A stretch of 63,960 nucleotides of DNA, filler included, from Octopus bimaculoides (taxonomy: Eukaryota): the NCBI RefSeq assembly GCF_001194135.2. It is 6 parts of 5 records of this genome, joined end to end, with 100 filler letters (N's around TTAATTAATTAA, not from the genome) between each part and the next. Parts side by side here need not be neighbours in the genome. Positions count along the whole stretch, not along the records: positions 1 to 21,324 come from NC_068997.1; positions 21,425 to 41,790 come from NC_068986.1; 4 more parts are not named here. One strand, written 5' to 3'. Within the stretch, counting starts at the first letter, position 1. Every line of letters starts with the position of its first letter. Under the pieces are notes generated by a model. It ran no database searches. It was not told where the DNA came from and saw only the letters and a program-made list of their open reading frames with translations. The position numbers and the translations under genes were made by a program. Below are positions 11,824-23,927 of the stretch, in pieces.

Positions 11824-13513
11824 ATCTAGAGGATACTCATTGTTAATATGTATGACATAATGTAGCAATGCATGGAGTAACGTGGTCTGTTGTTACATTC
11901 TTGTGATGTTACAGACTATAAATATGCAATGTGAAGTTACAGACTGTTACAATATCTGTTAAATTACAAACTGTATTAATGTGTTGGCATTACAGTGTTT
12001 GTTGTGATGTTACAGTCTTGGACACCGTTGGCTATAACTAGGATAGTGAGCCCCTCCTCTAACTTTGGTTCATCATAACTTACTTTAAAATGCATATTTT
12101 TTAATGAAAATTTTCAGAGATACATTTTAGGTAGTGTAGATTATAATTGTGCCAGAATAAGTTGCAAAAATATGGGGGTTGGGGGTGGAGAAAATTTCGT
12201 ATGATTCTCCCTTTCTAAATCTAGCTCATGACTTTCATAAAAATGCACACTTTTTTAATGAAATTTTTCAGATGTATTTTTGGATGGTGTAAATTACGAT
12301 TATGTAAGAAAAAAAAATTGAAAGAGCAGTTTTCTTTTTGAAAGATCATTCCCTCTACCAATCAAACTTTGTTAAATGTATATATCTTTTATTGAATTTC
12401 TTGAGAGATATGTTTCGGTGTATAGAGTATGTTTATCTTGATTACATTGGGAGGGTGGGGGAAATTTGAAGGAGTTTCGGATCTCCTTAAACCTTCTAAC
12501 GGTTGTGTCTCTCTTTTCCTTTTGGCACTTATACTCGTTTAACCTCTTTTCATATTTTTTTATTTGTATCGACCGTGCGATGTACTAAAGGAGCCATTTC
12601 CTCGTCATCTCTCCTGGTCGCACGGTCGTTACAAAATAATCATGACCTACACCATCTAAAATGTATCTCTGTAAGATTTCATTAAAAATCGTGCATTGAA
12701 GTGACTTGATTTCCTAGAAATAGCAAACTGAGTTTTGTCTTTGTTGATGTATTCCTAGATATATTGTGTGGGAAACAAAAGTGAGATGGTCTCAGTTGGA
12801 GCATTCTGATCGGAAGTCTACTGGGCTAAAGATAAACGTCTTCATTTAACCCCTTCATTCGCTTGTTTCTGATGAAATATACTGCTTTTTTGATTAATTA
12901 TGAAAATAAAAAAAATTGACGGTGGATTTAGTAAAATAGTTGACGTCTTTATCATTGGCAAAAAGTTAACACTTTTGTTACCAAATTTCTATTGAAGTGC
13001 ATTGCTTTTGCTTCAGTTAATAAACAAAATAACGAAGAATTTAGTAAATATCTCTTCGGCATTGTTAAGAAGGTGTTTGGTACACAAATCAACTTGAAAT
13101 TTTGAAGGAAGATTTGAATTTAAATCGTATAAAACAGAAAGTTTGTACCATAGGACTAAGAGTGATCTTAGCCAGGTTGATATCAAAATGATGAAAAAGG
13201 TTCTTGAATAAAAGCAGAATGGAAGCTATTCATTTAGATATAAATATATTAAAAAGAAGGGTGGTCTTAGATAGTTAACTATCAAAAGGATTTAGTAGCG
13301 GCCTCCCTAAGTTCATTCGTCCATTTGAAATTCCAGATCCTAAGTCTGAGAGAACATGGAAATGAGTTAGTCCTGCCTTATTACTGCTTCCCTCCTGAAT
13401 GTCTGAAATGTGTGTGTGTGCGTAGGGTCAGGTTTTAGCCAGTCTAATTGATCCACAAACTCAGGAAACAAACAAAAACTTCATTTCTTTCTAATCCATT
13501 TTCTCTATTTTAG

Positions 13514-13615
13514 GATCTGGCATCTTCATTTCGCCCAAGGGCGTTCTTGAAGCGAGCAGGTCTGTTGGATTGACCATGATTATATGGCTTGGATGCGGTG
13601 TCATTGCCATGCTCT
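13514..13615 (+). CDS. SLC7A9: SLC7A9-like coding exon 2 ([34 protein letters not shown])
   Basis: tttag acceptor, 102 nt, phase 1 to 1, gtgagt donor. [12 protein letters not shown] is the SLC7/LAT signature. Confidence 0.93.
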
Positions 13616-14004
13616 GTGAGTACTTGTTTTATTCTTTTTTCTTTGTTCTCTCTCTTTCTCAATATTTCTTACTCTTTGATCTATTTCTAACATTCTAAAT
13701 TCTTTAGTGATACGCAATCTTATCATAGTGTGTGTATATGTGTTAACTAAAGTACTGAGAAAATGAGAGTGAGAAATGGTTTTATGTGTTTACATCTAAT
13801 AAACCTAGATTTAGCCACGCTCTTTTTTCCTATGCTACTTGGGCAGTTGGGTATTAAAAACTGCAGACAACTGCTACAATCAAACGCTTGTCTGACGATG
13901 CTGAAAAGAGCTCAATGTGGATATAGGCGAAGGAAAATGACCAGTAGACCTAATTATGGATTCCATTGGTTATTTACAGGAATATCAAAAAAGAACTGGG
14001 TCCT

Positions 14005-14090
14005 TCTTCAGTCTAGTGGGCTGAAACACAGACTTGGGAACACGGGTTCACAAAAAGAACGACCCGGGTTCAAATCCCGCTTGAGACAAG
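14005..14090 (+). mobile_element. tRNA-like Pol III head (probable SINE), not an intact tRNA
   Basis: A-box-like gtctagtgg and B-box ggttcaaatccc (14067-14078). No complete cloverleaf. Confidence 0.35.
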
Positions 14091-14239
14091 ATTTTGGAAA
14101 TTAGTAGGAGGAAACCTAGGAGTCGTAAAGTGGGTGGGTCCGGCTCCCGTTTGTTGGGTAGGAGTTCTTCCTCTAATGATCTCTCTAGCTGTATGTTCGT
14201 CCTGAGGCGAGTTTCTGTTTCACGTTAAAGCTCACATTA

Positions 14240-14545
14240 TATGTGTGTGTGCGTGTTTATGTGCGTGTGTGTTTATGTATGTGTGTGTTTATGTATGTAT
14301 ATGCGTGTTTATGTATGTATGTATGTATGTACGCGTGTTTATGTATGTGTGTGTGTGTTTTATGCATGTGCGTGTGTGTTTATGTATGTATATGCGTGTT
14401 TATGTATGTATGTACGCGTGTTTATGTATGTATGTGTGCGTGTGTGTTTTATGTATGTGTGTCTGTTTATGTTTGTGGGTGTTTATGTATATGTTCATGT
14501 ATATGTGTGTGTGCAAGTGTTTCTACGTATGTATATGTGCGTATG
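14240..14545. repeat. Compound (TG/TATG/GCGTGTTTATG) microsatellite
   Basis: Directly visible. Confidence 0.9.
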
Positions 14546-15324
14546 ATTGTGTTTGGTGTACTGTTGTAAACTGGTGTATCAAGTTCTGTCCACATCACGA
14601 AATAGCTTAGCCATTTAACAAAGAGTGATAAAATTATCATTCCCAGCATGGCTACAGCACAGGGATTGAGGCCAATAAAAGAATAGATATGTGTGACTGC
14701 GTGTGCATTTATTCTCTGATCAGGAAGGGATGATTTGTTTATGATCCTTTACAGGGTATCTGGTTTTGGTGGGAGTAAGCAAAGAAAGGAGATATTCTGA
14801 ACCAGAGATTTGGCCTTAATGCTTGCTACAGCACGGACCCTGTTGATGGTTCTCAAAGTCCCACTTGGTGGTGTTTGACCAAGAAATGGATAACGTCCAC
14901 CACCCATTTAGGTCCTGTAGAAATTTGAACTCAGAATGCAAAGACCCGAAACAAATACTGCAAGGAATCCTGTCAAACATTTGCTTATACTTTTCTTTAT
15001 TCCTTCTTCTGGATGGACATTTTTTTCACTAACTCAGAACGGATGACACACAAAGTTGATCATCGTGGGATTTGAACTCGAAGCACAAGAAGGTGGAACA
15101 GATACCGTCTGTCTGATGCTATATTGACTCTGCCAATTTGCTTCTTTAGAATATTTGGTAATAATAGTTGAACATTAGTCAGAATGATATACAAGATTAC
15201 TCAGCATTTACTATGTTCCATACTATTGCGTACAATAGTAATACAGGCCATTACTGTTGCATACAATGGTAACGTGGACGTAACATGGCTGAAAATATAA
15301 ACAGCTTGCTTCCATAGATGCAAG

Positions 15325-15700
15325 CATGGCTGTATGGTTAAGAAATACACTTTGCAGCCAAATGGTTTCGGGTTCAGTCCCACTACACAACACTTTGGGC
15401 AAGTGTCTTTTATTGTAGCCCCAGTCTGACCAATGTCTTTGGGTTAGAAATTGTCAGTGAATTTGGTAGATGGAAACTGTTTGGAAGTTTGCTGTGTGCG
15501 TGTGTGTGTGTGTGATTTTTTTCCACCACTGCTTGACAACCAGTGTTGGTTTATTTATGTCTCTGTAACCAAGCAGTTTGGCAAAAGAGACCAATAGAAT
15601 CAGTACCAGACTTAAAAACGATAAGTACTGGGATTAGTTTGTCTGGCTAAATTCTTTCAGTCAGTGGCTCAGAATGACTGCAGTCCAATGACTTAAAAGA
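15325..15700 (+). mobile_element. SINE family B, diverged and CpG-decayed
   Basis: Head, ctttgggcaagtgtc core, internal (TG)n and 3' end are all recognisable. Confidence 0.75.
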
Positions 15701-15738
15701 TAATCTCAAAGTCCTGAATTTCAAATAGTCAAAATGCA

Positions 15739-15885
15739 CATCATCATCATTGTTTAACGTCCGCTTTCCATGCTAGCATGGGTTGGACGATTTGACTGAG
15801 GACTGGTGAAACTAGATGGCTACACCGTGCTCCAATCTGATTTGGCAGAGTTTCTACAGCTGGATGCCCTTCCTAATGCCAACCA
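15739..15885 (-). mobile_element. RTE LINE 3' end
   Basis: (cat)n-tgtttaacgtccgctttccatgctagc...ggatgcccttcctaatgcc. Confidence 0.8.
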
Positions 15886-16029
15886 AAGTCCTAGGTTCTA
15901 TCCAACTTAGTGGCACCATGGACAAGTGTCATTTATCATGACACTGAGTGACGCCAGCCTTGTGAATAAAAAGTATGAAGACAGAAACTGTGTGGAAAGT
16001 TTTTTGGATGAATGTTACTTGTGATTTAA

Positions 16030-16355
16030 CCCTTTGGTATTCGGATTCCTCTGTCAAATGTAATGCTTATTGATTCACATTGCCAAAACAGACCGTGGGA
16101 CCTGGTGTGGCACCTGGCCTTGCCAGCTCCTGTTAAAATGTCCAATCCATGCCAGCATGGAAAACAGATAATGATGATTATGATGATATTTTGAATTAAT
16201 CATGCATTATCTTGTAATTTTGAGATTTTGATTATGTGATTCGTTATTTTTCGAAGGAATTAAAGTGTAGTTGTGAGAGGCTGGATCTGGTCAATTTGAA
16301 CATAAAACAGGTAGACTATTTGAGCTGGATTTGGATGGTTTAAATGTCAAAAGGA
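16030..16355. mobile_element. piggyBac-type MITE carrying an RTE 3'-end insertion (about 16085-16187)
   Basis: TTAA flanks and CCCTTT-type ends. Body shared with 18004-18222 and 34658-34844. Confidence 0.7.
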
Positions 16356-17260
16356 TTAAAAGTCTACCCTTGTCTTACACCATGTCATTCTGACTCTGTC
16401 CGAAGATTATTTTAAGGTGCACATGTTTCTGTGGAATACTCAGTCACTTAAATGCTAATTCAATGAGCAGGTAGATTAATTGCCTGAATTATTGAAGATA
16501 TCATAAATAGCCATTAAGTTAGCATTTCCATATATGGTCATTGCATATGTGTCTGTGTATACTTGTGTGTGTGTATTTTACAATGTTTATACTCTTGTGT
16601 GGGTGGGATATTCTTTTATAAAGCGTTTCGATATTCTTTGCCAACCACTCAGCTATGAAACTATGACCTAAATTATTTTAAGTTCATTTCTTAGTCAAGT
16701 CACATAATATGGATCAAACTAGATAAAATATCATTATGTTATATCAGAGTAACATACTCATGCACATTACTGTCATAAATATATTATAGTAATTCTCTAT
16801 TATAAATTTGGCAGCCCAGTAAAAACTACACTCTGCTGAAAAGGTCTAATAAGAACAAAATATGTTCGGTAATGTTACCATGTGTGCCAAAAATCAAACT
16901 ACTGACTCCCCCATCCCACCATATTCCTATTCTCCCTTAAATGAGATTTTAATGTTGGTTTAAAAGCATATCCGAGCGTGATCATTGCCAGGGCCATGAA
17001 TTGGCTCCCGTGCCAGTGGCAGTGAAAAGCACCATTTGAGTGTTTAAAACAGTCATATCAGCCCAAATATTCTACCTGTTCTATGTTTAAACTAACCAGA
17101 TCCAGCCTCTCATGCTTAGCCTACAATGTCATACTAAAAATAAACATCATACCATTGAGATCTTCAAGCCATGGGATAATGCATGATTAGTTGAAAACAA
17201 TATAATTTAATAAGCATTAAACTCGACTTATTAATCATCATCATTTAAAATCTGTTTTCA

Positions 17261-17420
17261 AGGCAGCGAGCTGGCAGAAACGCTAGCATGTTGGGTGAAA
17301 TGCTAAGCGGTATTTCGTCTGCCTTTATGTTCTGAGTTCAAATTCCACTAAGGTTGACTTTGCCTTTCAACTTTTCAGGGTTGATAAATTGAGTACCAGT
17401 TGTGTACTGGGGCCAATCTA
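17261..17420 (+). mobile_element. SINE family A, CpG-decayed
   Basis: aggcagcgagctggcagaaacg...gttgactttgcctttc. Confidence 0.8.
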
Positions 17421-18003
17421 AGTATTTATACATTTATTCATTTAGTATAATGAAAACATCTTATTTGTGATATGTAATCAATATTAATACTATTGGGTTG
17501 GTGCAAATTTTATTCAACAAAAACAATAACAACATGTAACAACAACATCTTTAAATGGTTCTTCCGGAGCATATTCACCATCTACTTCAATTACTGCTTC
17601 CCATTTGCTTGGCAGACGGCCAAACCGTCATTTAAAGATGTTTTTGTTAAATGTTGTTATCGATGTCACCAACATGGGTGCCTTGAATGCTAAAAGGTTA
17701 AAGCAATAAAATATTTGATTAGTTTTTAGTTAGCAATGAGAGCATTGAAAAATCACTAGAGTGTAAACTCCCTAAGATATGTTATGATGAAAGTATCATT
17801 ACAAGTTGGTTGAGAATAGGTTTTTACTGGACCAGGTAGGTTATCTTATCAAATCTGAAGGATTGAAAGACAGGTGAACCCAGCAAATTTTGAACTTAGA
17901 ATGTAAAAGTGACTTGATTACTTATCACAATATATCTAATCCCTCATTCATCCTATACATTACCCCTTCTGTCACACCCACTACCTTTCCTAGTCTTCTT
18001 TAA

Positions 18004-18222
18004 CCCTTTGGCATTTAATCTGACCATATGGAGCCCAAATTTTCTACCTGTTTTATGCTAAAATGCCTGGATCTGGTCTCTCACACCTACCCTGCAATGT
18101 CATTCTAAAAATATACGAACACATTATTGAAGTCTTGAAACTACAAGATAATATGTGATTAATTCGAAACAATGTTAATAAATAAGCATTACATCTGACA
18201 AAGAAATCTGAATGCTAAAGGG
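18004..18222. mobile_element. piggyBac-type MITE
   Basis: ttaa-ccctttggcatt ... aatgctaaaggg. Confidence 0.7.
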
Positions 18223-18496
18223 TGTATGACGACTATTTCATTGGCTAATTTATAAATGTTTTATTAAGGCATAGTTTCTACTTACTGTCAGTTCAGTTTC
18301 CAATGATAGTAATAGTCTTCCCCAAAATTTCAGACACAACGCCTGGGAGGTGGGTTAGTCGATTAAACTGATTTCAATTCCCGAAAGAGTGAAAGGCAAA
18401 GATGATCTTGGCAGGATTTGAACCCAGGATATAAAGAGCCGAAAGAAATGCTGCAAAGCATTTTATCTGATTCACTAATGATTTTTCTAGCTTGTA

Positions 18497-18529
<33 letters not shown>

Positions 18530-18530
18530 A

Positions 18531-19031
18531 TGTGAAGTATATTTGCAACTTAAATGTGGCTAACCACTAAGGGTGAATGCTACTGTAGCTTGTAGCCCCT
18601 GGAGAACATCTCCTCCAGCTGGCTATTAACTCACTTTCTGTGCCCTGTCAGTATTTGCAAAGGGAAGTCCTCCTTCCCATCGTCGATCTGACGTGATATG
18701 CACGGACCTGGGTTTCTGGGTATTTACCCTTCGTCAGCGTACGACAATCACCGATCTTCGATGCGAAGGATATATGTGTTTGCATTAGGAGCTCTTCGCA
18801 TCGAAGATCGGTGATTGTCGTACGCTGACGAAGGGTAAATACCCAGAAACCCGGGTCCGTGCGTATCACGTCAGATCGAAGATGGGAAGGATGGCTTCCC
18901 TTTGCAAATACTGATAGGGCACAGAAAGTGTGTCAATAGCCAGCTGGAGGAGATGTTCTCCTGGGGCTACAAGCTACAGTAGCATTCACCCTTAGGGGTT
19001 AGCCACATTTAAGTGGCAAACATACTTCACG
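18531..19031. repeat. Long near-perfect inverted repeat (238-bp arms, 25-nt spacer)
   Basis: Arms 18531-18768 and 18794-19031 are reverse complements with roughly a dozen substitutions and no visible indel. Confidence 0.95.
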
Positions 19032-19122
19032 TTGTCGTGTAGCTACTGTTTATACCTCGTTCAGAGATTTATTATTAATGATAATAATAATAAACTTCTA
19101 ACTATTATGTCTTCTTTTACAG

Positions 19123-19365
19123 CTTCCTTATCTTATGTAGAATTGGGGACGTTTATTACAAAGTCTGGCGGAGAATTTTCCTATATCATGACAGGTCTTC
19201 CAGCAGTGTTGGCGTTCTTGTACAGTTGGTGTTCGGTTATAGTCCTCAGACCTTCAGGATTGGCTGTGATCTGCTTGGCTTTTGCTGAATATGTAGCTTC
19301 TCCTGTCTTCGATTCATGCGGACCACCAGTTGTCTTTGTGAAATGTTTGGCTGCTGCAGCAATCA
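19123..19365 (+). CDS. SLC7A9: SLC7A9-like coding exon 3 (SSLSYVELGTFITKSGGEFSYI...SPVFDSCGPPVVFVKCLAAAAI)
   Basis: ttttacag acceptor, 243 nt, gtaagt donor. Carries the YxELG and KSGGE motifs. CGPPVVFVKCLAAAAI closely matches human SLC7A9 CKPPQIVVKCLAAAAI, including the Cys that links to the heavy chain. Confidence 0.95.
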
Positions 19366-19415
19366 GTAAGTTCATTGACATATGATAACAGGCTTGCACG
19401 CATACATACACACAA

Positions 19416-19468
<53 letters not shown>

Positions 19469-19755
19469 CACACACAAACACATGCATATATGTAATGATT
19501 TCATTCAGGAGTTAACTTTTATGCATAATTTTGAATTTTGATTGTCTCAATGACACCCTATGAATCAATAACTGCATATATCATTGCATGACATAGTAAT
19601 ATCTATGAGATCAGTTTTGATGAAACAATTGTAAATAAACTTAATAAAAGAACTTGCTCACTCCATTTTCCTTGGTTATAATTGTACATGCATACATGTA
19701 TACATACATACATACATACACACACACATACATACATACACACATACATACATAC

Positions 19756-19787
<32 letters not shown>

Positions 19788-19998
19788 TAAATTCAAATTA
19801 TGACAAACGTAAATAAACAAACGGAGTTTGCTTTTTAGAAGCGTTGAGATGTCTTAGAAAGTTAAAGAAGTGATTTTAAATTCTCAATCACAGAATAATG
19901 CTAGCCAGCCACCTACACTTTTCTCTGCAAAATAGGGGCAGTTTATCCTGTTCACGCTATATTATTAGCATTATTCTGCGATTGAGAATATATATATA

Positions 19999-20061
<63 letters not shown>

Positions 20062-20063
<2 letters not shown>

Positions 20064-20340
20064 TCATCATCATCGTTTAACGTTCACCTTCCATGCTAGC
20101 ATGGGTTGGATGATATGACTGAGGACTGGTGAACCAGATGGCTACATCAGGCTCCAATCTGATTTGGCAGAGTTTCTACAGCTGGATGCCCTTCCAACCA
20201 CTCCGAGAGTGTAATGGATGCTTTTACGTGCCACCGGCTCGAAGGCCAGTCAGGCGATACTTGCAACGGCCACGCTCAAAATGGTGTATTTTATGTGCCA
20301 CCTACATAGGAGCCAGTCCAGCGGCACTGGCAATGACCTC
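20062..20340 (-). mobile_element. RTE LINE 3' end with two 3'UTR sub-repeat units
   Basis: (cat)n tail abuts (TA)n. Matches 30598-30890. Confidence 0.8.
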
Positions 20341-20393
20341 CTATATTTCCTTTCAGCCAGGAACTTTTCAGCACTCTCTTGCATATGCTTTAA

Positions 20394-20613
20394 CCCTTTC
20401 GTTACTGTATTTATTTTGAGATGCTCTGTGTTTCTTTCAATTACTTTAAATATAACAAAGAATTTAGTAAAATAACTCAGTTATCAATCAGTTAGAGTGA
20501 GGAAAATAAATTTTGACTAAGGTTTGGTAGAAGATTTTAATTCAAAACTTATGAAAACAAGACATTTGTACTCTGAGCCAGAGCTAGTTTCAGTCGGGTT
20601 GGTAAAGAAAGGG
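20394..20613. mobile_element. piggyBac-type MITE (second family)
   Basis: TTAA-CCCTTTC ... GAAAGGG-TTAA. A related diverged copy lies at about 12846-13203. Confidence 0.8.
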
Positions 20614-21071
20614 TTAATGTATGGCAAAGATGCATACATACTTCAAATATTGCTTATATCACCTAAATTGTGTATATCAAACACCACCCATTACAAGCAG
20701 TCTGTAATCATTCATTATTTTTAAATATATTAAAAACATTTTTATTTGTTTTATAGTTGAAATTACTTAAATTTTTTTTCATATCTTTTATTTAAAAAAA
20801 TTTTTTTTTATCAGTTTCAAATTGTTTTCAATTTTATAAAAAAATTATTTTATATATTTATCTAGAAATAATTTTTAGCAATTATTCAATTTTGATTATA
20901 TAATTCCATTCCCCACTCTACTACCACTGCCATTACCACCACCTACATCACCACCATCACCATCACCAGTATTACCATCTTCGCCTCCACCAGTTCAACT
21001 ACCACTACTCCTGTTGTTGTCAATCTCTATTGCTATCAATAAAATGTTTTCTTTGCTTTGTTTTTGTCCAG

Positions 21072-21197
21072 TTGTGATCACAGCAATCAACTGTTACAGT
21101 ACTGAATTGGCAGCAAGCATTCAGGTGATTTTTACCGTAGCTAAGATCATAGCCCTCATCATCATCATCATTGGTGGTTTTGTAATGATGGGAAGAG
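21072..21197 (+). CDS. SLC7A9: SLC7A9-like coding exon 4 (IVITAINCYSTELAASIQVIFTVAKIIALIIIIIGGFVMMGRG)
   Basis: tttttgtccag acceptor, 126 nt, G|gtaatt donor. INCxS and Q-x-IFT-x-AK motifs of SLC7 TM4-TM5, in frame with exon 3. Confidence 0.93.
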
Positions 21198-21289
21198 GTA
21201 ATTATAAGCAAAAATTTTGTCTTCTTTTGTTTTCGTGTTTATTGTATGCTTCAGCATGACTGCAGCCACATACCTGAAATACATAAGAG

Positions 21290-21324
<35 letters not shown>

Positions 21325-21696
21325 NNNNNNNNNNNNNNNNNNNNNNNNNNNNNNNNNNNNNNNNNNNNTTAATTAATTAANNNNNNNNNNNNNNNNNNNN
21401 NNNNNNNNNNNNNNNNNNNNNNNNTCTTTCTTTCTTTCTTTCTTTCTTTCTTTTTTTCTTTCTTTCTTTCTCTCTCTCCCTGTCTCACACACACAGCAAC
21501 ATTACACACACACACATGCTGCTCTCTCACACTAACAAAAGAACTTCACATACACACCACACTTTCTGTCTGGCATACTCACTATAAAAAGATAGCGTCT
21601 ATTTCTTTTTGGCAACATGTGTTTTGTGTGTAATGTTGCTGTGTGTGTGTGTAAGAAAGAAAGAGAGATAACTGGCATGTGTATGTAAGGGAGGGA

Positions 21697-21729
<33 letters not shown>

Positions 21730-21819
21730 GGGGTATTTTTTCTGTTTGGTTGCTGCCTACCACACAGACGCTGGCAAAGAAATGTAACTCTCCTTCACCC
21801 TCCCTCTCACAAATATACA

Positions 21820-21856
<37 letters not shown>

Positions 21857-22941
21857 CTTCACGCGCGTACGCACAGATTTGACTTTGCCATGTCAACAAA
21901 CTTCAAAATTGGCAAAAGTTTATCGATTTTTACAGGTATACGCGGGTACCTCTGAGAGAGAAAGTTCACTAAAATGCACATAGGGTCATTCCGAATCTTC
22001 TCCTAAAATTAGAGCGACATGCGTGCTAATTTGTAGACGTGCATAAACTACATTCACGTACACACACACAAACATCCCCTGTTTTATATATATATATATA
22101 TATATATACTTTTATCAAAGCCCAAAAAATCTTCATGATCACAACTGTCTGATGAATGGTAACATGAAACTCTGAGTAACAGTTTGTGAAGATCATTTCG
22201 GGTTTAATAAAAGCATATTACTCTATCTTCGGTATTCGGACACTGTGTTTTTCCCTCTTTTTTCCCACCTTGTTTTTCGCATTTATGTGTTCACTCATGT
22301 GTGTGTATGTGAGTGCGTGTGTGTGTGTGTGTGTGTATTCACATACACATATTTGCACACATATACATACATATACACATTATACATTCACAAATGAGTG
22401 AACAAACAGAAGACAGTAGTACACAACACATTTAGCTGGAGTATACACATTTAATAACAGTTTGACTGAGCTGTACATTACTTAAAGTTTCATGGGCATT
22501 GAATGCATTCATATTTTCTTTAAGTAACATGGAGCTGCGTGAAACTGTTATTAAATAAACTTATGTGTGTGTGTATGTGCATGCTTGTGTGTGTGCACAT
22601 GCATGCATATGTGTTTGTGTGTGTGTGTGTATACACATGAATGTATGCTCCCATATTCGAGATTCCAAAGTCTTCAATTTTTAATGAAGTCATATATGTC
22701 TACTTACACATTTAATGCACTACCAGACAAAGAATAAATAAATAAATAAAAATAATAACAAATAAAAAAAATAACAAAAAATACCTATTAACTTTACATA
22801 ACAAACTCATATCCATCCCTTATCTATAAAGTTTGGCCTTGTGCATTATGAAAAAAAATCAATATTTTAAGCCTGTGAGTAAATATATCAAAATGAATAA
22901 GTTTCTCATATAATGAGAAATTCATTCAATATAAAATATTG

Positions 22942-23010
<69 letters not shown>

Positions 23011-23597
23011 CACATTATTTTTGTTAAGAGCAGACAGTAGGTAAAATATTTCATCTGTTACTAGTAATAAATTCAAAGAAGTATGCTATACTGAACTCTC
23101 TCTCTCTCTTACACACACACACACATATCTCGTCTATTATAGCTTGTTTCAGTCATCAGACTGCAGCCATGCTGAAACACTGTCTTAAAGAGTTTAGTCA
23201 AACGATTCAACCCCGTTGATGTTGTTGTTGTTGTTGTTGTTCTCCTCCTCCTCCTGTCTAGCACATACTCTATTGGCTGAACCTCTGAGAAACAAGGGAC
23301 TTCTCAAACCAGAAGAAGTTATCCTCAAACTCTGGTTTCGTTGCATGTAACAGAATGGATACTGCTATAAGTGCCAAGGCACCCAAACACCAGGTGATGG
23401 CATTCGTCTAAAAGTTATGGAATGAAAAACTAAGGAGGGTACTTTAATGCTATATTGTGCTTCAGAAAAGATATATTCAGCAGTACAAAACACTATTGAC
23501 ACACTACTAATAATATCAATATCTATATTTCCATCACATTGTGTATCAAATATTGGCTCTATGTATCTATTCTCTCTCTTTGTTGCAAATTCATATA

Positions 23598-23927
23598 CAG
23601 GTCATTGTTGACTTATGACTACAATTGGTTCTGACTGACAGGTCATAAGTCGATTTGGTCGTAAGTCGGCCTAAATACAAGGTTGCCTCGATCTTTCCAC
23701 AACAGGATATTCATCCAACACTTGGGATAACCACAGTAGTGATTGATAATCAAACCTAAGGGAAGCATTTGTTAGCTGACATCATCTGTAGATGGGTTAA
23801 TTTCTAAGAAATTAAACCCATTAGATTTCAACAGGACTATTTATTATTGCTGCTGGGAGCTGCCATGCCAATCGTTGTAAAGTTAATTGGTCATAAGTTG
23901 GACAGGTCATAAATTGACGACTACCTG
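23598..23927. mobile_element. Tc1/mariner-type MITE
   Basis: TA-caggtcattgttgacttatgac ... gtcataaattgacgactacctg-TA. Imperfect TIRs. Confidence 0.55.

Noticed and set aside
14241-14649. Overlapping Cys/Val/Tyr/Met-rich ORFs here and at many other (TG)n/(TA)n tracts
   Set aside because: Simple repeats lack stops in several frames; these are not genes.
21369-21380. Isolated TTAATTAATTAA islands (also 41835, 51122, 60210, 62511)
   Set aside because: Each is centred in a 44N+12+44N = 100-bp block and has stops in all frames. It is an assembly spacer for unknown-size gaps, not biology.
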